Shown in pieces: positions 10,308 through 16,093 of a stretch of DNA of 29,482 bases. The notes under the pieces are model-generated. The model saw only the letters and a program-made list of their open reading frames with translations, made no database searches and had not been told where the DNA came from. Source of the stretch: Candidatus Hodarchaeota archaeon. Lineage in GTDB: Archaea > Asgardarchaeota > Wukongarchaeia > Wukongarchaeales > Wukongarchaeaceae. The translations under genes were made by a program, and so were the position numbers. Position 1 is the stretch's first letter. Each line of letters begins with the position of its first letter. The stretch spans positions 30,732-60,213 of the forward strand of contig JBHLKN010000001.1 in NCBI GenBank assembly GCA_048886645.1, read 5' to 3'.

Positions 10308-10383
10308 AAAAAAAGAAAAAAAATAAAAACAACACAAAACAAATAAAACAAAAACAACCAAAAAATAAAAACTAGAAAAAACG

Positions 10384-10396
10384 CCGAGGTAGCTTT
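10384..10396 (+). repeat. Left copy of a 13-bp direct repeat, GCCGAGGTAGCTT (orphan copy of tRNA nt 1-13)
   Basis: Exact match to 12538-12550, the first 13 nt of the tRNA. Sits exactly at the junction between the A/C-rich and T/G-rich tracts and is followed by T8. Confidence 0.6.
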
Positions 10397-10689
10397 TTTT
10401 TCTTCGTTTTTTATGTTGGGGTGGGTTTCCGCTGTGTTTTTTTGTTTTTCTCTGCGGAGATCTGTTTTTGTTTTTTGCTGTGTTGGTTAAAATATGTTTT
10501 TTCGGTGTTTCTTTTCAGGGGGGTTAAATGGGATTACACTGGTTTTTGGTGGTTGAATTTGTGGTTTTTTTACTTTTTCTTTTTTTTATTCGTTTGAAAG
10601 CCTAATATATTCACTTTTGTCCTCCTCTCCATAAAGCTTATATATGGCATATATTATATGTATGATCTATATTTTATGGGGTAAAAAAG

Positions 10690-12552
10690 ATGCGAAGAAC
10701 AGTAACAGAAGGGGGACTTTTGACCTTTCAAGGCAAACTTTTAGAGGTAAAAGAAGAAGACAGTGTTAAGATTGATGATCTTATGAGGCGGTTTCAATCT
10801 GCAAAAAGAACTGCTTTCAAAAGGCTTGTAGAAGGTGGAAATAAGAATAAAGGTTTAGAAAAAGAGCTTGTTGAGAACTTTATTCTAAATTCGGAATATG
10901 CAAGATCTGCTATCTCTGATGCGAAAGCGATAATGGATAGTCAAAGGGAACTATTACCTTACTATATTGCGAATTATGAGGGGAAGATAAGAAAGAGTAA
11001 GAAAAAGTTGGAAAAATGTCGTTCTGAGCTGAAGCAAAAAGGTCTATTCTCAAGAATAAAGAAGTATGAGGAGAAAAGAGATCTTCTAAAACTGTATTTA
11101 GAGAATGAAACCATACCTAGGGTGATATTTGGAGGGAGAAGGAACTTTGAGCTTTTCATAAAGGGAGAGATAACGAGGGAAGAATGGAGAGCGTTAAGAA
11201 CAAACCAAGTTTACAGTAAAGGCAGAGCCGTTGGAAAGGGTAATAATAACTTAAGGGTAACTTACGAAGGAGATGGTGAAAGAAATCAGTTCTACTTATG
11301 GATAAACTATCCTTCTAAAAAAGTGGGAAAGTGGGGGAGTAAACAGAAGTATAAACTTTTTGTTCCAGAACCTTTCAAGCCATACATTATAAAAAGCTTG
11401 GAGACTGAGGAAAAAGAGTTTGGAAAAAAGAAAAAGTCTAAGACTTGTACTAAAAAAGCGCACACAGTAAGGGTAATTCGCAGGAAAGGAGGGGAATATT
11501 ATGTTTTCATAACTGTGGAGGTTTTTTGTCCAGAAGAAGCTTTATCGAACGCCAAAGAAAAAGGTTTGTTGGGTTTAGATGTTAACACTAAGGGTATAGG
11601 GGCAGCAATAGTTCTCCCCAACGGTAACCTAAGAGCGCACAGATGGTTTCCATGCCACGAACTTCTATATGTAAGAAACGAAAAACGCTCGCACTTGATA
11701 GGAAATCTTTTGGTTAAGGTTTTCAGGTGGGCTAAAGGTTTCGGTGTAAACACTGTTGTTTCTGAGAGTTTTAACAGGTTTAAACGAGATCATGATACCT
11801 ATGGGAAGTTTAACCGTGCAACGCATAACTTCTGTAAGGAGAAGATGGTTAGAACCATTAAAAGTAGAGCAGTAAAAGAGAACTTTGTTCACATAGAAGT
11901 TTTCCCAGCTTACAGCTCCATAATAGGAGCAATAAAATATCAAAAAATATATGGCTTGAGTACTCATGAGGCAGCCGCTTTTATAATAGGCAGAAGGGGT
12001 TTAGGATACAACAAGGAAAGGATTCCGAAAGAATTTTCCGAGAGCTTAAAGCCAGAGGGGCGTCGCCGATGGAAGGATGACGTTGATCCTTTGGCAAGCA
12101 TCTGCCGCCAGTGGGGCGGTCTATGGAAACAAGTTTCGAAGATAAAAAACAGTTTCTTCGAAACAACAAGGGAGATACCTTTAAATCATCGCAAATTCAT
12201 AAGGCATCTCCTTATTAAAGCAAGTGGCGCTGACAGCGCGCTTCAGCTCGCGCTCTCCTACCTAAAGAAAAAGGGAGAGACGGAAGTAGAGGCAACCAAA
12301 CCGTTGTCGAGGTTCAGATCCTACCTCGACAATCTAATAAGTTTGGTCCTCGAAAACGCTGAAGAACTACGTGAGAATCGTAGCACTAGACGCAAACAGT
12401 CGCTATGCATCGTCGTAGACTTTATAAACAATAAAGGATTTTCTACCTTCACAAATCTACGATCTGAAGAAAACACCCCCAAAGGATCAAAGTCTCTAAA
12501 ACGGCATATAAGGGCTTTCAAGGGCGGTTTTCGAGCGGCCGAGGTAGCTTAG
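10690..12552 (+). CDS. TnpB/Cas12-superfamily-like RuvC-fold protein; atypical (no Zn-ribbon, degenerate RuvC-III, long C-terminal extension)
   Basis: 620 aa. RuvC-I-like GLLGLDVNTKGIGAAIV (D297, nt 11578-80). RuvC-II-like NTVVSESFNRF (E359, nt 11764-66). VFPAYSSIIG corresponds to the PAYTSQ box of TnpB. STHEAAAFIIGRRGLG corresponds to the D.NAA.NI..RG box, with T/H-E in place of the catalytic D. There is no CxxC pair between these boxes. TTATATAT at 10638-45 and GGGGT precede the ATG. Confidence 0.6.
   Translation: MRRTVTEGGLLTFQGKLLEVKEEDSVKIDDLMRRFQSAKRTAFKRLVEGGNKNKGLEKELVENFILNSEYARSAISDAKAIMDSQRELLPYYIANYEGKIRKSKKKLEKCRSELKQKGLFSRIKKYEEKRDLLKLYLENETIPRVIFGGRRNFELFIKGEITREEWRALRTNQVYSKGRAVGKGNNNLRVTYEGDGERNQFYLWINYPSKKVGKWGSKQKYKLFVPEPFKPYIIKSLETEEKEFGKKKKSKTCTKKAHTVRVIRRKGGEYYVFITVEVFCPEEALSNAKEKGLLGLDVNTKGIGAAIVLPNGNLRAHRWFPCHELLYVRNEKRSHLIGNLLVKVFRWAKGFGVNTVVSESFNRFKRDHDTYGKFNRATHNFCKEKMVRTIKSRAVKENFVHIEVFPAYSSIIGAIKYQKIYGLSTHEAAAFIIGRRGLGYNKERIPKEFSESLKPEGRRRWKDDVDPLASICRQWGGLWKQVSKIKNSFFETTREIPLNHRKFIRHLLIKASGADSALQLALSYLKKKGETEVEATKPLSRFRSYLDNLISLVLENAEELRENRSTRRKQSLCIVVDFINNKGFSTFTNLRSEENTPKGSKSLKRHIRAFKGGFRAAEVA
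12538..12550 (+). repeat. Right copy of the 13-bp direct repeat (functional tRNA nt 1-13)
   Basis: Identical to 10384-10396. Also forms the last four sense codons and part of the TAG stop of the 620-aa ORF (GCC GAG GTA GCT TAG). Confidence 0.6.
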
Positions 12553-12651
12553 CCCGGGAGCAGTATAGGTGGCATAATACGACACTTTCTCTCCGATAGC
12601 GCTGGACTGAAGATCCAGTTGTCGCTGGTTCAAATCCGGCCCTCGGCGCCA
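12538..12651 (+). tRNA. tRNA-Phe (anticodon GAA), CCA-encoded, with a non-canonical ~37-39 nt intron in the D-arm
   Basis: Acceptor stem GCCGAGG (12538-44) / CCTCGGC (12641-47). T-arm GCTGG-TTCAAAT-CCGGC (12624-40). Anticodon arm CTGGA-CTGAAGA-TCCAG (12602-18) with GAA at 12609-11 and G37. Variable loop TTGTC. D-arm 5' part GCTT-AGCCCGGGA-G, then an insert at about 12561-12597, then AGC-G26. G73 followed by CCA. Confidence 0.85.
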
Positions 12652-12729
12652 CTCCCACTTAAACTCTAAATTCTGTCTATTTATCATTAAAGAAGAAAAT
12701 TTTTAAACCAAGAAAACTGTTATGTTATC

Positions 12730-12880
12730 TGCAACGCCTGCTGGAAGTTAAGCCCAGTCACGTTTTGCCGAGTACTTCTGTGCGCGAGTCAGCGGGAAAG
12801 GTAGAAAGTTGTAGTTTCGGCCACGGCCAAAGCGCTGGGGAAACACCCGATCCCAGCCGAACTCGGAAACAGGCGTTGTA
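12730..12880 (+). other. Processing stem with a bulge-helix-bulge-like motif enclosing the 5S rRNA
   Basis: 11-bp stem TGCAACGCCTG (12730-40) / CAGGCGTTGTA (12870-80, one G-U). Then a 4-bp helix CTGG (12741-44) / TCGG (12863-66, two G-U). 3-nt bulges AAG (12745-47) and AAA (12867-69) lie on opposite strands. Confidence 0.7.
12747..12868 (+). rRNA. rrf: 5S rRNA, circularly permuted gene (3' part encoded first, 5' part second; 122 nt between the predicted BHB cuts)
   Basis: 12820-12868 is GCCACGGCCAAAGCGCTGGGGAAACACCCGATCCCAGCCGAACTCGGAA, which matches the archaeal 5S 5' third. 12747-12815 is GTTAAGCCCAGTCACGTTTTGCCGAGTACTTCTGTGCGCGAGTCAGCGGGAAAGGTAGAAAGTTGTAGT, which matches the 3' two-thirds. 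A UUCG loop at 12816-19 joins the natural ends. Confidence 0.85.
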
Positions 12881-12885
12881 TATGT

Positions 12886-12893
12886 CTTTTTTT
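12886..12893 (+). terminator. Oligo-T tract downstream of the 5S processing stem (archaeal-type terminator candidate)
   Basis: CTTTTTTT lies a few nt after the 3' arm of the stem, and further T-runs follow. Confidence 0.4.
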
Positions 12894-13013
12894 GCTTTTT
12901 CGTCTGTTTTTGTTTGTTTTTGAATGGTTTTATGCTGTTGTGGTGGCTTTCTTTTTTTTTTGAGGTAGTAGTACTACTTTGGTATTACTTTTATTTTTAT
13001 ATGAAATGGCGGT

Positions 13014-13028
13014 TTTTCCTATGGAAAA
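13014..13028. promoter_or_regulatory. ORB-core-like dyad TTTTCC-TAT-GGAAAA upstream of orc1/cdc6
   Basis: Perfect 6-bp inverted arms. Resembles the TTCCA-N-TGGAAA core of archaeal mini-ORB elements. Lies about 65 bp upstream of the orc1 ATG. Only a single copy was seen. Confidence 0.25.
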
Positions 13029-13091
13029 TATTAATATACTCTTTATGTTTTTTGTTTTCTTACATTTTTCTTTTTGGTGGGTCGGTGTGGT

Positions 13092-14312
13092 ATGGCAAAT
13101 GTGATAGATAATCTAGATGAGATGTTCGAAAATTATTTGTCAGGGTCGAAAATTTTTAAAAATCGTGATACGATGCGTCCTTCTTATGTGCCAAGGAAGC
13201 TTCCTCATAGAACGGAGAAGGCTTTGGATTTGGGGAGAATTTTAGCACCGGCTTTAAGGGGTGAAATTCCTTCTAATGCTTTATTATATGGGAAGCCTGG
13301 TACTGGTAAGACCGCGGTAACTCAGTATGTTCTTCAAAAAATGAATGCTAAATGTGTCGAGGCAGGGATACCTCTCACCTCTACTTATTTTAATTGTCAA
13401 CTTGTTGATACAAATTATCGTGTTTTAACTTCTCTTTGTCAGGAAATTGAAGTAGAAGTGCCTATAACTGGGCTTCCAACTGTCGAAGTGTATTCACGGT
13501 TTACCAGAGCTTTGGATGCTAAGGATTTGCAGATGATAATAATACTTGATGAGATTGATGCTCTTGTAAAGAAGAGTGGTAGTGAGGTTCTTTATAGTTT
13601 GACGAGGATTAATACGGATCTTAAAAGAGGGAAGGTGAGTCTTGTTGGTATCTCGAATGATACGCGTTTCAAGGAGCTTTTGGATCCTCGTGTTTTGAGT
13701 AGTTTAAGTGAGGAGGAGATTGTTTTTCCGCCTTATAACGCCACAGAACTTAAAGATATTCTGCGGGAACGTGCTTTAATAAGTTTTAATGAGGGAGTAA
13801 TTGATGATGGCGTGATCGGTCTATGTGCGGCTTTAGCTGCAAAAGAGCATGGTGATGCAAGGAGGGCTCTTGACTTATTAAGGGTTGCAGGGGAGCTTGC
13901 GGAGAGATCAGGCTCGCAAAAAGTAATAGGAGATCATGTAAAAGAGGCTCAACGGGTTATAGAGCGAAACATGGTTGAAGAGGTCATAAAAACTCTTCCT
14001 CTCCAATCAAAGCTCGTGCTTTTCAGCATATACTTACTTGAAAAAGAAAACCTTCATGATATTTACACGGGCCAACTTTACAACACGTATCATGAAGTTG
14101 CCCGTGAAATGCGGGTGGAGTCTTTGACTCAAAGAAGAATTAGTGATCTCATAAATGAGCTGGACATGATGGGTATTATCAATGCATTAGTGATCTCTCG
14201 TGGGAGGGGTGGTCGTACACGGAAAATAAATCTGAGCATTCCTATACGCCAGTTAAAATCGTTCATTGAACATGATATCAGGTTTTCCGCTTATCTAGAT
14301 CTCATACCTTGA
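13092..14312 (+). CDS. cdc6: Orc1/Cdc6 replication initiator (AAA+ plus C-terminal winged helix)
   Basis: Contains LPHRTEKALDLGRIL, Walker A LLYGKPGTGKTA, Walker B MIIILDEIDAL, sensor GISND and GDARRALDLLRVAGE, plus a wH tail. ATG at 13092 preceded by GGTG. The track's TTG start at 13074 is less likely. Confidence 0.93.
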   Translation: MANVIDNLDEMFENYLSGSKIFKNRDTMRPSYVPRKLPHRTEKALDLGRILAPALRGEIPSNALLYGKPGTGKTAVTQYVLQKMNAKCVEAGIPLTSTYFNCQLVDTNYRVLTSLCQEIEVEVPITGLPTVEVYSRFTRALDAKDLQMIIILDEIDALVKKSGSEVLYSLTRINTDLKRGKVSLVGISNDTRFKELLDPRVLSSLSEEEIVFPPYNATELKDILRERALISFNEGVIDDGVIGLCAALAAKEHGDARRALDLLRVAGELAERSGSQKVIGDHVKEAQRVIERNMVEEVIKTLPLQSKLVLFSIYLLEKENLHDIYTGQLYNTYHEVAREMRVESLTQRRISDLINELDMMGIINALVISRGRGGRTRKINLSIPIRQLKSFIEHDIRFSAYLDLIP

Positions 14313-14315
14313 ACT

Positions 14316-15542
14316 TTATTTTACGAAATTATGGATTTCTTCAAGGGTTTCTGTGAATTTTATGATTTCCTCTTTTTTGTTGTATAGATAGAGGCTTGCC
14401 CTTGCATTACCTTTTTCTGTTCCGAGTTCTTTTACAAATGGTTCGACACAATGCATCCCTGACCGAATCTCTATGTTTGCTATTTCATCCATCATGATGG
14501 CTAAATCGTGGGGGTCGATCAAAATATCTCCGTCAGGCGCGATTATGTTAAATGGCAAAATGCCTATTTTTTTCTCTGGATTTAGCGGTCCATAAATTTT
14601 CACAAAATCTAGGTTTGAAATCTTGTTTAAAAGTAGTTCCATGAGCGTTTTTTCATGTTTTTCTATGTTCTCCATACCTAAGCTTTCTAAAAATTTGACC
14701 GCTTCGCCTAACCCTATTATTCCTGCATAATTTTGAATTCCTACCTCGAACTTTTGCGGGGGTTGGGCTAGTTCAGTCTCGGTAAAACTCACGGTTTTAA
14801 TCGCGCCGCCTCCAACATAGGCTGGCGTTAGCTCTTCCAAAATTTCTCCTTGTCCATAAAGTACTCCGATCCCTGTAGGTCCACACATTTTATGCCCACT
14901 GAAAACTAGGAAATCTATGCCAAGGTTTTTCACATCTACTGAAAAATGGGGAACCGATTGGGCTCCATCCACTAAAACCAGTGCACCATTATCGTGGGCT
15001 ATCTTTCTTATCTCTTCTACTGGCAAAGAGGTTCCAAGAACGTTAGATGTATGAGAGATCGCTACTAAACGAGTCTTTCGATTGATAACTTCCTCAACTT
15101 GTGAAATATCTACATCGCCCTCGGGATCAACTTTAATAAAGCGAAGTTCTGCGTCAGATTCTTTGGTCAAAAACTGCCATGGCAATAGGTTACTGTGGTG
15201 TTCGATATAACTAGTAACAATGTTTTCACTTTCCTTCAAAGATAAGGTATGAGCGACCAGATTAATGGCTTCTGAAGCGTTCTTCGTCCAAACAATCTCA
15301 GAAGGTTTCGCATTTATAAAAGCTGCAACTTTTTCTCTAGCACTTTCAATAGCCTCGTTAGTTTTTGTGCTCAATTTATGAACAGATCGGCCGGCACAAG
15401 CTGAAAGTTCAGAATAATAATGAACAACTGCATCAATGACCCTCTGAGGTTTTAAACTAGTACATGCAGAGTCCAGATACATCAAATTGGGATGATGCTT
15501 AAATATGGGAAATTCTTGCCTCACCGCTTCTACATCAAACAA
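14316..15542 (-). CDS. Cysteine desulfurase, SufS/CsdA-like (class V PLP aminotransferase fold)
   Basis: 408 aa. Contains YLDSACTSLKPQRVIDAV and HHSNLLPWQ. PLP lysine in FLVFSGHKMCGPTGIGVLYG. Catalytic Cys in RSGMHCVEP. Confidence 0.88.
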   Translation of the reverse strand: MFDVEAVRQEFPIFKHHPNLMYLDSACTSLKPQRVIDAVVHYYSELSACAGRSVHKLSTKTNEAIESAREKVAAFINAKPSEIVWTKNASEAINLVAHTLSLKESENIVTSYIEHHSNLLPWQFLTKESDAELRFIKVDPEGDVDISQVEEVINRKTRLVAISHTSNVLGTSLPVEEIRKIAHDNGALVLVDGAQSVPHFSVDVKNLGIDFLVFSGHKMCGPTGIGVLYGQGEILEELTPAYVGGGAIKTVSFTETELAQPPQKFEVGIQNYAGIIGLGEAVKFLESLGMENIEKHEKTLMELLLNKISNLDFVKIYGPLNPEKKIGILPFNIIAPDGDILIDPHDLAIMMDEIANIEIRSGMHCVEPFVKELGTEKGNARASLYLYNKKEEIIKFTETLEEIHNFVK

Positions 15543-15559
15543 AGCTATCGCCCCCTGTT

Positions 15560-15877
15560 TTATGAACCAAGCGAGGATTCTATAAGTTTTTTTATTTTTT
15601 TCTTTGCATCCTTTGCTTCGCTTTCAATAAGTTGCCATGATGCAAACTCTTGTTTTCTCTCAGCTTCTGGAATCTCTTTTCCTAGGAGCTCTACAGCCTC
15701 TTTTACTGGATGGGTTTTAATCTCTACATAGCTCCTAACTATCGCTGCTATAGTAGCTTCCTGCAAAACTATTACTTCCCCGTCTTTCAACTCGATAAAA
15801 GCGCGTAAATGCTTATGTCCTTCAGGAACCCCTAAAAGCACCCTTTTCACATCCCAAGTCCTAATCACTCTCAACAA
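15560..15877 (-). CDS. Hypothetical protein (105 aa) upstream of and co-oriented with the cysteine desulfurase
   Basis: ORF with diverse composition, 17 nt from the SufS-like start. Start codon uncertain (TTG, or an internal GTG). No family recognised by eye. Confidence 0.5.
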   Translation of the reverse strand: MLRVIRTWDVKRVLLGVPEGHKHLRAFIELKDGEVIVLQEATIAAIVRSYVEIKTHPVKEAVELLGKEIPEAERKQEFASWQLIESEAKDAKKKIKKLIESSLGS

Positions 15878-16093
15878 AAAACGCCTCCGAAGCCTAGAAA
15901 ATAGCGAATATATAATAATTACAAAAACCTAGAAATGAACTTTATCCTATTCAAAATGAAAAAGATAGATCTTCGCATGGAAAGTTGAAAGCTTTAGTCA
16001 TGAACGGAGATTTCACGACAAAATATAATTAATCATGTTTGTATAATCCAACCAAAAGAACATTTTTTCTTTCATAAAAGATTTTATCTAAAG

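Noticed and set aside
9851-10375. 174-aa ORF rich in N/H/P/R/K/T that overlaps the 148-aa membrane ORF in another frame
   Set aside because: The translation is low-complexity and comes from a plus-strand stretch with few G or T, where stop codons are rare. The 9861..10307 frame gives a far more protein-like sequence.
10300-10500. Possible long inverted repeat between the A/C tract (10300-10383) and the T/G tract (10397-10500)
   Set aside because: Only short shared words were found (for example AAACAAAAACA and CAACACA). In such low-complexity sequence this is mirror composition rather than a demonstrable hairpin or inverted repeat. An aligner is needed to decide.
12496-12687. 63-aa minus-strand ORF
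   Set aside because: It lies antisense across the tRNA-Phe gene, so the open frame is a by-product of the structured RNA gene.
12914-13111. 65-aa plus-strand ORF (F/L/W/Y-rich) upstream of orc1
   Set aside because: It is the translation of the T/G-rich spacer (low complexity) and overlaps the orc1 start region. The stretch is more plausibly promoter or origin DNA.
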